Below are positions 39,841-52,520 of a stretch of DNA of 64,000 nt, one piece after another (the stretch's first letter is position 1; each line of letters starts with the position of its first letter). A program made the translations under genes and the position numbers. Under the pieces are notes generated by a model. That model searched no databases. It saw only the letters and a list, made by a program, of their open reading frames with translations, and was not told the origin of the DNA. The stretch comes from the human T2T-CHM13v2.0 reference genome, Homo sapiens, in NCBI RefSeq assembly GCF_009914755.1, contig NC_060929.1. One strand, written 5' to 3'.

Positions 39841-42800
39841 CCTAGAAGCTGCTTTTTTTTTTTTTTGAGACAAATCTGCCCTTTTAACAGCTGGTTCTGA
39901 TTCAGGTGATCCCAGGAACTTACTGTCGTTGAGTCACTGTGGTCTCCCAACTTGTTCCTTCTTTTTGTATCAGGAAGGTGACTTCTCAATACCAGGATAG
40001 GGACAACAAATTTCAGAATGTAGAGAGAATCCCTCTTTCGGGGAGTCACAGAACAGTATGTATGATGGGTGTGAAAGGAAAAGTTAAAACGCAAGCTAAG
40101 CCACTAAGTGGAGAGGAGGTATGTGTCATTCTATCAGCATTTGAAAAATGGGATTCAGGGAGGCCTTTTGCAAAATTGTGCTTTCCAAGGAAACTAATAC
40201 AGGGTGGCATGTTGCAAGATTCTTGTCAAAGGAAGGGGATCCAAGTACAGATGTTGCAACACTGTGCTGCCAAAGGAAGTGGAAGCAAAGGAAGTGGCTT
40301 CTTAGTCTATCAGATCTGGAACAAAGCTTAGAGATTATCTTGACCAATCTTCTCACTGGATAGAAGGGGAAACTAAGGTTCAGAGAAGGGAAGGCTTGTG
40401 CCCAGGGGCAGCCAGGGAGTTACTGATGAGTTCAAATTGCAATCCAGGCTTCCTATCCACCACCTACCTGCTGCCCTTTCCTCTTCTCCCTGAATATCTA
40501 TCCCCTCACTGTTTTGCTCTGGGTCCCTAGCCCAGCCTCCACATCCCCACCCTCTGGACAGTGCCCAAGGTCAAAGGATGAGCCTAAATCTGTGTGCCAG
40601 GATCTAAACCCACCAGATGACAGGGGCGAAAGCCAGCGGTGGCAGTGGCAAGCCGGAGAGGAAGGAGCAGTGTCTGATGATGTGGCCTGACCTCAGAAAG
40701 GAAACCTGGTTGGTCACCAGGGGGAATTTCCCCGGGTGAGGTCTCACGTCTATGCAAATATTGCACTGCAATTAACCTGGACCCTGGGATGGGAGAGAGA
40801 AAAGAGGAGAGGACACTGGGAAAGACAGAAGGGCAGGTAATAGGACCTGAACATTCCCAGGGTACCAGGCACTGTGCTAGGCTCCTCATGAAATTAATCT
40901 CATTTTGCCTCTAAAGTATCCTCCAATGTAGGAAAATTGAGTCTGAGGCCCAGTGAGAGGGTGCGTTGCCCAAGCAAAATCAGCACATTCCTACCCCAAC
41001 GGGATACCAGGCCTCAGGGAGAAGTGATGATGGTGACGATAGATTTGGCGCTGCGGCTGCTGACAAAGGTGACAGTAATGAGGCTTGAGTCCGGGACTCT
41101 AGCAAGGTTTCATTTTAGGTTTCCATCTCACTCAACCAGGGGAGTTTTATCCTGGGAACGGCCAAAGGCAGCAGGAAGGTAGTGACCCTGACTCACCTTG
41201 GGCAAATCCCAGCACTCTGGTTTTTCAAAGCCCTGTGGGGGCAAGGGATGTGGTAGCTGGCACAGTTAACCCCTTCACCACCAGTTTCTAGAATGCTCCT
41301 GGAAAAGTGAACAGAATGGGATCCATACTTTTGAAGGAGAATCAATTTTTCTCTGCTACCTCTTTAAATTTCACTCGCTGTGCGCCTCACCGTATCCAGA
41401 AAGCCTTCCCCGGGGACTTCACTCGTTTTCCAAGGCTTGATCTCATTTACTGCCTGGTTCTCCAAGGAGCTAGTCTTGTCTCCCAGAATAGGATGCCAAG
41501 TAGGATCAGAGTTCAAGTCAGGGCTGTTGGGCTCGAAGTCTGCCCTCCACACAGCCTGGTTGGTTGTCCTCCTCTGATGGGCTTACACAACAACAAGCAG
41601 ACTCCTGATTTCTGGAGGTGTGTGGGGCACACTAAGGCTATGCACTAAGAAAAGTGTGAGTGTGCACATGCCCCAGTGTGTGTGAAGAACAAGTTAGGAT
41701 ACATATGCGAGGTGTTTCCCACGTGCACAGCAACACACACACACACACACACACACACATAATGTCTGTATTTTTGGTTGTTATCAGCAAACTAAAAAAA
41801 AATTATTTTCTCTGTATGGTCAACAATGTGTGTCTCTGTATGTGTTACCAGCAGAATACCTTACACTCCTTTGTATTACCAGCAATGTGTTTCTCATTCT
41901 ACTGTGTGCTCTGTGGGTATGGCTGGCAGTGACTGTAATTCTGTGTGACAAGCAGTATTTACGGGCCTTGAGTGGATAGCAGGCACATGGGAAAGTGGGG
42001 GAAGGAAATGTCAGTTCCCCACCCTCCCTACTTTCCTTTCAGGCCCTCCCAGGTCAAGGTCCATGGCCTTCAAGACGGCCAGGGAGGGGTTCTGCCTGCA
42101 GCTGGCAGCACAACAGGCAGATGGTGGTAGTTGGGAGGAAGGGGTGGGGCCATCCCACAGAAGGAAATGCATGTTCTGGAAATTTTAACAGCTGGGCCTG
42201 TTTGTGTGGTGGGGGGACATTCCCAGACAGCTCTTGTTTAGGGTTTTGTCAGTCCTTACCTAGCTGAGAGGAGGGCAGTGGGACAGCCTACATCAGGGAC
42301 CTCTGTCCTCATGTCCTTCTCTGAGTTCTTAGGGAATGGAACTTGGCTTCACATCTGCTTCCTCCCCGCTCACTCCCCATGGCACTTTAGGGCCCTTTTC
42401 CCTGTTTTCTCGCTCCCCAGTGTCCTTCTCTTTTCTCCATCTCTGCATCCTCTGTGCTGGCTTGTGTCCTCATCCCCCCGACACCTAGGGACCCCAGCTG
42501 CTGGTCCTGTCTCCTCCATGCTGGTCCCTGGGGATATCTTTTCTAAAGGACATCTCTAATCATATAATCTCCCTCCCTAGCACATTCAGGGGCTAGCCAG
42601 TGCCTGGAGGATAAAGTCCATACTCTTCAGCCTGGACTCAGTGACCTTCCCAGAGGGCGTCCTCGCACAGCGGGTGACGGGCCCCAGCACTCCCACACAC
42701 CTCTCCTTTCCCAGCTCTGCGCCTTTGCTTCAGCCATTGCCTCTGCCTGGACACCCCTCCCTCCTTCAGTAGTTTCTAATGTAAGAGCTTCTCTAACCAT

Positions 42801-42904
42801 CTGCTGAGGTGCTCTCAAGTGTCCCGTTCTCCAAGGAGCCTTTGTTAGTCCTCCCTGTGGTTAATTCATCGCTTCTGCACTCAGTGTCCCTTGCTTGGTT
42901 GAGA

Positions 42905-43218
42905 TTTTTCTTTTTCTTTCTTTTTTTGTTTTAAGACAGTTTTGCTCTTGTCAATCAGGCTGCAGTGCAGTGGTGTGATCTTGGCTCACCGTAACCACCG
43001 CCTCCTGGGTTCAAGTGATTCTCCTGCCTCGGCATCCCAAGTAGCTGTGATTACAGGTGCCCGCCACCGCAACTCGGCTAAATTTTTTTTTTGTATTTTT
43101 AGTAGAGATGGGGTTTCACCATGTTGGCCAGGCGGGTCTTGAACTCTTGACCTCAGGTGATCCACCCACCTCGGCCTCCCAAAGTGCTGGGATTATAGGT
43201 GTAGCCACTGAGCCTGGT
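42905..43218 (-). mobile_element. AluS
   Basis: Antisense dimer; TSD TGGTTGAGATTTTTCT on both sides. Confidence 0.9.
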
Positions 43219-44104
43219 CTGGTTGAGATTTTTCTAATAATCTTTCCCCACTTAGCTCTCTGTGTAGCAGGCATAGTGTAGAGCATCAGACTCCCCCCTC
43301 TGACCCTGATTACTCTTCTCTAAAATAGAATCCTGCCTATTATTGATAATAAAGAGCTGATATACTGAGTCCTTCGTATGTTCTAGACAGTGTGCTCAGA
43401 AATAAACATGCATTGCCAGTACAGACAGGTCAAGTTACTTATTTACTTCTACTAATAGTGGTGGATGGGATTTGAACCCAGGCCTGCCTGCCTCCACAGA
43501 CTTAACCACTGAGCAGAGGGCTCAGTTATGTAACTACAATTTCCCACTTGCCTCACTCCAACCCTAAAGTGGGGAAATCTGTAGGAAACCCAGGTTCTGG
43601 TGGGGAATGAAGAGGCATGTTAGAGCGCTGTTTTACCGCTTCTGGGTTCCGAAATTCAGGTTGGGCAACCCGACCCTTCTCCCTCCCATGCTCAGCTCAG
43701 TCTGGCTTCCTCATCAATAGGTAAAGGAGGAAGTGTCAGCAGAGAGAGCAGAGCCTGGAATCAGGACAGCTGCGTTCTAGCCTCAGATCTGGCACTTACT
43801 AATACAATGGTCACAATCCTGTCTCTGGGCCTCAGTTACCAAACCTGTGAAACGAGAGGGTTGGTTGGGGCCATCTCTAAGACCATTTCCAGTGAGTCAA
43901 TCCATGATGTACTGTCTATGTCTTCAGGCAGTATGTTTCACCACTTGGAGCCCAAGTTTCCTCATTGGTAAAAAGAGGGTGATCACCCCTATAATACTGC
44001 AAAGGAAGTAACGGCCATGGAGGCAAAGCTTCTCAAGTGGGATTATTCTGGTGGCGACTTATTGCTTGCAGCTGTGCTGGGGCACCATGAATATAGGGGG
44101 ATTT

Positions 44105-44388
44105 CTTTTTTTTTTTTGAGACACAGTGTCCCTTGGTAGTCCAGGCTGGAGTGCAATGTCACGATCATGGCTCACTGCAACCTCCGCAACCTGGGCTCAA
44201 GCGATCCTCCCACCTCAGCCTCTCGAGACTGCAGGCATACACCACTACCTCCAGCATTTTTTTTTCCTATTTTTTGTAGAGACGGGGTTTTGCTACACAC
44301 AGGCTGGTCTTGAACTGGGCTCAAGCGATCTGCCCACTTTGGCCTCCCAAAGTGCTGGGGTTACAGGCACGGGCCACGGCACCTGGCC
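44105..44388 (-). mobile_element. AluJ
   Basis: Poly-T followed by a diverged antisense Alu. Confidence 0.85.
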
Positions 44389-46319
44389 ATAGGGAAACTT
44401 TAAACAGCCAGCGGTTCCCACACCACCGCCACGGGCAGGAGGTTGAGTGGCAATTCCTAAATAGCTGCTCTCTGCTCAGGTTAAAAGGGCACCCCCCCTC
44501 CCAATGGGCAACTTCCTTCGGGTATTTCCTAGTGGCCCCAAAGACCAAGATTGGCCCATCCCAGTTCAGAGCTTGTAACAGTTTGCCCTAAAGGGAAAAT
44601 GCAAGGCTCAAGGCAGGAGGGGGAGCAGTGAGGAGCTAGAGAGTATTGAAGCCCACCTCCACAGGTGACGACAAAAGGAGAAAACACAGGGTGCTTCTAA
44701 AAGCACCGGCCCTGGCCGGGATGGCAATTCCAGTTCTGTCTGCTGCTAGCTTGCTATGTACCCTGGGCCAGTTGCTTCCTCTCTGTGGAAGTGACAGTTG
44801 TTTCATCTGCAAGTGAGGGAGGGAGGTGAGAATTTCTGAGGGCCCCTTCTACCCTTAGAACATCACAGCCAGCCTCCCTTTCTCCCACTTTGAGACAGCA
44901 GCGGTTTGGGCTTCTGCTTTCTCTTTCCTTTTAGTTTTAAATTAGCCCCCATCGCTTCTCCCGATTAAACTTTGGCCACAGAAGCAATCTCCAGTGTCAT
45001 TTTGGAGAGAGCTGAGCAGGAGGGACACTCAGTGGAAGCTCCTTAAGCACCAGAACCACATTGGTTTGTATGTTTTGCACCTAGCACGTGGCATGGAACA
45101 TAGGAGCCACTCATTAAGTGTAAACTGCATGCATGCATGAATGGGGTGCTCTGGTTCAGAACAGTGGCTACTCTCCTCCTCTGCTAAAACTCCAAGAAAA
45201 AAATGTGGTTTGTTCAGCTGGCACCGAGCTCTTAGTAGGACCGTTGCAAAAGGCTCCCGAATGGCACCCTGCCTTCCTACATTTGTCCTCAGAGCATAGC
45301 TAGACGCACACCTTCCCCACTCAAGAACTCCAAAGGCTTCCCCTAGGTTATCAGAGAAAATCCTGACATTTAAAGTCCTCCTTAATTGGAGACAAACTGT
45401 CACTTCTCATCTTGTCTACCTCACCTCACAAACTCTTAGGGTTTCCTTCCTGCTACCGACCAGTACCAGAATGCAACTACCTTAACTGAAAATTATGTGG
45501 AAAATGCATGCTGAGGCATTAGGGAGGCATCAGACAGCTACTGCCCGATTTTAGCTGTCCTCATTCCTGGTTTCTAGGCCTCCTCTTCTGTGTTCCCCTC
45601 AGCTCCATGGGCTCTCCTCACTTCTATTCCCTGATTCCACTCTTCTTTCCTTTCTGCCCCAAGCCCATTTCCCTCAGTATATATTTTAAGGCACTTTTCT
45701 TTTTGGGTTCAAATGCCTTTGTGATCTGCAGCTGACGGACTTCATGAAATCAAAGCCATAAAGCATCATGGGCTCCACCTTTCAGCCCCTACAACTGAGC
45801 CTGGTTCGGGGCAGGTAGTGAGACTGACTCCGAGCCAGGCACGCACCCTGCCAAGCACCTCCACGTGGTGCCTCCTTTTATTCCCACAAGGCTACAGGAT
45901 AGGTGGAATTGGAATGAGGAGCCCTGTTTTACAGAGAAGGAAACCGAAGCTCCTGTGCTGACGGTCAGTTAGTTACAAAGGTCTTAATCCAAAACTCTGA
46001 ACCATTTTGTTAATTTATCTTTCAGTAACAGTTCAATTAAGTTAGACAAATATCCCAAAAAGCTCTTAGCTGGCCCTCAAGGCACTTGAGTTCACAGCCC
46101 AGAAGAAAGGAAGTAAAGACACGGTAAGGTAACTTTTCTTTGTTTCAGACTCATTATGTCAGAGATTAAGAGAGAGCTCTTCAAAATTGTTGGATCCAAC
46201 CCCCCACTATAAAGTTGGAGTAACTGAGGCCCAGTGAGGGCAATGGCTGGTCTGAGGTCACAAGTGAGGGAGGGACGAGACCAGACTCTCTCACCTGCCT
46301 GTTGCTGTCTTCACAGCTA

Positions 46320-46670
<351 letters not shown>

Positions 46671-47194
46671 CTAACCTGCAATAAACTAGTCTGGTCAGCC
46701 AGGGTAGGGAGAAGTGCCCTTTGGCCAGCAGCCAGCCCCATGCCATGGTCACTGGACAATCTTAGACCAAAGCCACAGACCAGAAGTAGGGCAGCGGGGG
46801 AGGGAAGGCAGAGGAACTGCAGTTGCGCCTACTTGCTTATCAGTGACCTGCATGAAGGAAACTTTCCATGCACCTCTCCAGATCAAGATCACATCGGGCA
46901 CCCTTGCATAGTTCAAAAGAGGAAGTTTGGGCTTGGTTGAAATGGATGAAGAGCATACAGAAATGTCCAGACAGCGAGAGGGGATGAGGGGGAACCTGAG
47001 GCCCGGAGCAGGGCTGGGCCAGCCTTCCCAGGCTTGCTGCAAACTCAGATTCTCCTGTGCGCTTCCCGGGAAACACCTTGCAAGAATTTAAAGACGTAAC
47101 TCGCTCCTGGACAGACTTTACAACCTCAAGCTCTAATGAGGAAAATCCAGGCTGCAGGCTCTAGGTAGAAGACAGAGGCCCTCACTGGAAATGT

Positions 47195-47933
47195 GTTTAT
47201 GTGTTTGTGTATCTCTTTTTATTTCTTCCTTAGAAATAAAAAGTGTCAAGGGAATGAATCGGAGGCATACTTTAGGAAGTTAATGTTAGAAGGGAAGCCA
47301 AGATTTTTTTGTCCAACTGTCTCATTGTAGATAAGAAAATAGAGACTCAGGGAGGGAAAGGGGCTGGCCTAAGGTCAGAAACAAGTGCATGGCAGATGCA
47401 GATTTGAACCCAGGCATCCAAATTCCTGGTCCAGTACTCTAGCGCGGCCTGGATGGAGATGGGTGGTGAAATGGATGGGAAGATTTGTCAGTTTGCCCCA
47501 GCACATTTACTATCCTTCCCACCACCCCGCCCAGCACATTCAACTGGCCCCTGCCACCAACCCCCTCATTCAAAGTACAGACACTACTCATTTTACAGAC
47601 AGAGGTTCAGGATGTTTTTGGATCTGACATAGCCCAAACCAGGGCAGAGGCTGTAGCAAGGGGAGGAAGCTGGGAAAGCCTGAGGGTCAGAGGGGAGTGG
47701 AGGTGGACAGGATCTATGGCTACGGTTTTTCAGCCGCTCAGCCGTGCTGGGCCCTCGATGGCCCGTGGGAGTGGGAGCGTTTCCTAAGCTCCACTGAAGA
47801 TAAGAGCCCAACCCAACCCCTCCCCCCACCCCTGCCCCTTCCTTAGTCTCTGGAGCTGGAACAATCAGGCTTGGCCATGGCGGCTGGTGCTGATAACCAT
47901 TTCTTGGCAGAAGTGCCCGCCAAAGCTGTGGCC
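47195..47933 (-). other. ANXA6: ANXA6 3'UTR (cleavage site approximate)
   Basis: Runs from the TAG stop (47936-47934) to about 20-25 nt past the AATAAA at 47223-47218; includes MIR-like fragments. Confidence 0.8.
47218..47223 (-). terminator. ANXA6: ANXA6 polyadenylation signal AATAAA
   Basis: Plus-strand TTTATT; the first canonical hexamer I found downstream of the stop codon, about 710 nt away. Confidence 0.8.
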
Positions 47934-47993
47934 CTAGTCCTCACCACCACAGAGAGCCAGCAAGGCCTTCAGGAAGTCTCCGGAGGTGTCACC
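47934..47993 (-). CDS. ANXA6: ANXA6 last coding exon (exon 26)
   Basis: Translates GDTSGDFLKALLALCGGED*, the annexin A6 C-terminus. CAG acceptor (AG at 47994-47995); 60 nt. Confidence 0.98.
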   Translation of the reverse strand, partial: GDTSGDFLKALLALCGGED

Positions 47994-48907
47994 CTGGCAG
48001 AGGCAGAGAGCAGAGTGAGTGAAAACAGTCCTTCCAGTCTCAATGCCCCCTCCTCCCGGCTGCCCATCTGTCTGGACATCTCCCTCGGCTTCTCTCCATG
48101 ACCAACATAGGATCCCATGCCACATGTAGGCTACTGGGATCTCCCAGACACATAAATGTGACCACGTCCCTTTTGTTTATCCCCAGGAAGATATGCAAGC
48201 TCCCGGCCTGGCTTCAAGGCCCTTTGGGATCTGACCTGTGCAGAGCTCTGCAGCTTCACCTGTTCCTTTCCCCCAGGAGCATCTCAGTCCTCTCTCCACC
48301 TGTCACTCCCCTGTCCAACATGCCCCTGTGCACCCCCAATCCCATTTGCCAGCAGGGCCCTCTCCTCTGAGAAGCACTCTGGCCACTCTCTTGCGTCAGG
48401 AGGCACAGTGAACTCTGGCCTCCCTTGGTTCCCCTGGCACTCTGCTGATACCCTCCCCCATGGCCCTTGGCATATCGTGTTAGGTGATTTCTTATTTGAA
48501 CAAACAACATTGAGTGCTAACTGCCAAGCCATTGCTGGGAATGGGTACAAACACCATCACGCTCACCACACATCACAGTGGTCTGGTATACGTTCAGACT
48601 GGGGAGGCCAAACTTCCTGACCCATGGTATGGTATGGATCTCCCTTCTGAGGGACTCCTATCATTGTTATGAGACATGGTTTTCGGGATTTTGTTTGTCC
48701 TTGTATTTTTTGATGTATGATTTTAAAACATAATATAGTATCAAAATGTGCCAACAATTTACTTACATTCCTACTAAGTCTGTAAGAGACTGCCTCTGAG
48801 ATGCCCATAGTCTCGTTAGCCAAGTAGAACCAAGCATCAGACTTTAAGATCTTGGCTGATCTCAAAGAGCAAAAATATAAGCTCCATATGTCAAAAAAGT
48901 CAGACGC

Positions 48908-49227
<320 letters not shown>

Positions 49228-49464
49228 TCACATATTAGGTGATTCCATTTATATGAAATATTCAGAAAAGGCAAATCTACAGAGACACAAAGTAGCTTGG
49301 TGGTTGCCTATGGCTGGGGATGGAACTAGATAAACAGGTATGAGAGAGCTTAGTGGGATGATAGAAGTGTTTGGAAACCAGCTGCATTATGGGAATGGTT
49401 GTACAACTCAGTAAATTTACTAAAAACTGTTGAATTGTACCCTTAAAACAGGTGAATTTTATGA

Positions 49465-49783
<319 letters not shown>

Positions 49784-50055
49784 TGATATGTAAGTTATAC
49801 TTCCATAACATTGCTTTAAAAAAAGCAAAAAATGGGCTCTTGTTTTATTTGGAAATCTTTAATTATAAACCTTTGATTCTTTTGGAATTGATTTCGGTAT
49901 AAACAATGCAATACAGACCCCCTTTCATTTCAATATCCTGGCTGTTCTAAGCGGTAACCCACTGGAAAAAAGTCCATGGGAATAAAGACTTCTAATCTTA
50001 TATTAGGGATCTGACACTCACCCGCTTCCTGCTAACCTCTAGCCCCTCCCCTTAC

Positions 50056-50178
50056 CTCAATGGCTTGGTGGAGAGACTTGTCATATTTCTCAATGAATTC
50101 CCTCCGGATGTTGAGCAGGTCAATCTCACTGCGGGATACCATGATCCTGGTCAGAGTCTTCTCATCTGTGCCAGCACC
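50056..50178 (-). CDS. ANXA6: ANXA6 exon 25
   Basis: Translates GAGTDEKTLTRIMVSRSEIDLLNIRREFIEKYDKSLHQAIE (annexin GxGTDE repeat). 123 nt, AG at 50179-50180, GAG|GTAAG donor. Confidence 0.98.
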
Positions 50179-50377
50179 CTGGTGGAGCCAGGCAGGAGGG
50201 AGACACAGGCGGAAGGAGAGATAGAGCCCAGTCAGGCAAGAAACAGTGGTATCCCATCTGCCTTTCTCCCTTGTTCCTTCCAAAAACAGGGCGGATGTTC
50301 CACCTCTGTCTTCTGCAAACAGTCCTGACCAAAATCCCTCTGTGCCCAGGACTGGCCAGACTGACACGCAAAAAAGA

Positions 50378-50800
50378 TGTGTGTGGGTTGAATAGTGTCC
50401 CCATGTCCACCTGGAAACTCAGAACATGATGTAATTTGGAAATAAGGTATTTGCACATGTAATTAGTTAAGATGAAGGCATACTGAATTAGATTGAAGCC
50501 TAAACCAATAACCAATATCTTTAGAAGAGGGAGGGCACAGACATACACACAGAAAAGTGGCTAGGTGAGGACAGAGGCAGAGACCGGAGTGATGCATTCA
50601 CAGCCAGGAAACACCAAGGACTTCTGGCAACCACCAGAAGCTAGGAGAGGCAGGGGAGTGCTTCTCCCCCAGAGCCTCCAGGAGGACCCAACCCAGGCGA
50701 CACCTTGATTTTGGGCTTTTGGCCTCCAGAACTATGAGAATAAATTTCTTTTGTCACCCAATTTCTGGAATGTGTTACACCAGCCCTAGGAAACTACCAC
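50378..50800 (+). mobile_element. MLT1-type MaLR solo LTR
   Basis: TGTGTGTGGGTTGAATAGTGTCCCC...TTTGGAAATAAGGTATTTGCA...GGCCTCCAGAACTATGAGAATAAATTTC...CAGCCCTAGGAAACTA. Confidence 0.85.
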
Positions 50801-51354
50801 CGGGCCCAAGGAGCAGGCACAGGGCATGGAATGTGTGGGCAGCCAGAGCTGCCTCTGCCCCCAGGGAGCGACAAGCACCAGCCTAGGAGTCAGAGCTAGG
50901 TTCGAGTCCCAGCTCTGCCTCTTAGGAGCTATGTAAATGTGGGCAACGTTTTACCCTACCTAGGCCTGAGTTTCCTCCTCTATCAAATGAGGATGCTACC
51001 ACAATTTCACAGGACTGCCATGAGGGTCAGCTGTGGTCAGAGAGATGAAGCCCTTGGCACAGGCTTGACACATCGTGAGTGCTCAATGAATGGCTGTCAC
51101 ATTTGGAGACTGTAGGGTGAGGGTCTCAGGTTCCTTCCTACCCTCCCACCTGCCCAGGCTATCTGCAGTTGAGACTCCAGTGGCTGAGAGGGTGGCCAGT
51201 GTGGCTTGGGCTCTCCCAGAAGGGCAGGACTAGACTCAGAGGGGAGCGCTTGTGACCTTTGATGACTATTTGTCCTAGGAGACCCTGTGTCCCCGGATAG
51301 ATTGTGAGCTCTGAGAGGGCAGAGACTGTGTCCTACCCAGCCCTGTGTGCCTCC

Positions 51355-51575
51355 AGAGCACATTTCTCAACCTTGGCATTTGGGGCTGGATAATTCTTTG
51401 TTGCGCAAGCTTATCCTTTGCACTGAGGTTGTTTAACAGCATCCCTGTTCTGTCCCCACCAGATGCTGGTAGCAACAATCTCCAAGTTGTGATGACCAAA
51501 AATGTGTCTGGATATTGCCAAATATCCTCCGGGGCGGGGGAAGGCGGGGGAAATCACCCCCAACTGGGAAATACC
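51355..51575. mobile_element. MER20
   Basis: TTTCTCAACCTTGGCA...TTTAACAGCATCCCTG...GACCAAAAATGTGTCTGGATATTGCCAAATATCC. Confidence 0.78.
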
Positions 51576-51730
51576 ATCCTAGAGCCAGACAAGGGCAGAT
51601 GCTAATAAATGTCAAATGGGAAGAAACAGCTGCCAGGAATCCTGATCTGGGGGATGGTGCACATCTGTGTGTTTGTGTGTGTATGTAAGTCAGTGCTTGA
51701 AGGGAAAGGAACGCCAGCATGTTTTCTTAC

Positions 51731-51789
51731 CTTCATGGATTTGTAAAGTTTGTCGGCAAAGAAGAGAGGCTTGTTCTTGACACTTTGAA
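51731..51789 (-). CDS. ANXA6: ANXA6 exon 24
   Basis: Translates (V)QSVKNKPLFFADKLYKSMK. 59 nt, AG at 51790-51791, AAG|GTAAG donor, phase 1-0. Confidence 0.97.
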
Positions 51790-52188
51790 CTGGTAGGAAG
51801 AGCAGAGAGATGCGGGGAACGTGGTCAGAGGCTGTGAACCCAGACTCTGGACCGGCCTCCCCCATCTCCCCACCTCGTCTATCCCTGCATGGGTCTGCAG
51901 ATCATTGTCAACCCCAGGGTCATGCTCAGACGACACCTTTGCTCCCCTTCCCCATGCTTCCTCCTCTGGCCCATCCTTAGGCCTGGCTCTCAATTGGTTG
52001 CAACTCTCTTCCTTCTAAGGTGCTTACAGCTAACCAAGGTCAGGAGAGGATTCAAAGGTAATTAACTCCTCATGAACCCAAGGCACGGGGCCTCAAATTT
52101 TTAAATGCATTGGAATCACCCAAAAAGCTTGTTTAAAACTCAGGGTTTAGGCTCCACCCTAAAGATTCAGATTTTGGAAAGATTTTGA

Positions 52189-52520
52189 GCAGTGGTTCTC
52201 AAAGTGTGGTTTCCGGACCAACAACATTAGCATCACTTGAAAACTTGGAAGAAAGGCAGATTCTCATGCCTCAGATTCCAGATTCCAGAGATGCTGAATC
52301 TGAAACTCTAGAGGTGAGTGACCAGCTTGTCCTAGTTTGCCTGGGACACTCCAGGTTTTATTAGGTTGGTGCCAAAGTAATTACAATTTTTGCCATCACT
52401 TTCAATGGCAAAACTGCAATGACTTTTGCACCAACCTAACAGCACTGAAAGCCTTGCGCAAATCAGGATGGTTGGCCACCCTACTCTGGTGCAGCCTAAT
52501 GCTTGAGAGTTACTGATTTA
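52189..52520. mobile_element. MER5A interrupted by a MER81-like element (about 52317-52482)
   Basis: GCAGTGGTTCTCAAAGTGTGGTTTCCGGACC left end and CTAATGCTTGAGAGTTACTG right end. The internal element has GTGACCAGCTTGTCC...GGATGGTTGGCCACCCT termini. Confidence 0.65.
52361..52439. mobile_element. MADE1 (mariner-derived MITE)
   Basis: 79-bp palindromic element TTAGGTTGGTGC...GCACCAACCTAA with TA on the left and CA (mutated TA) on the right. Confidence 0.9.
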
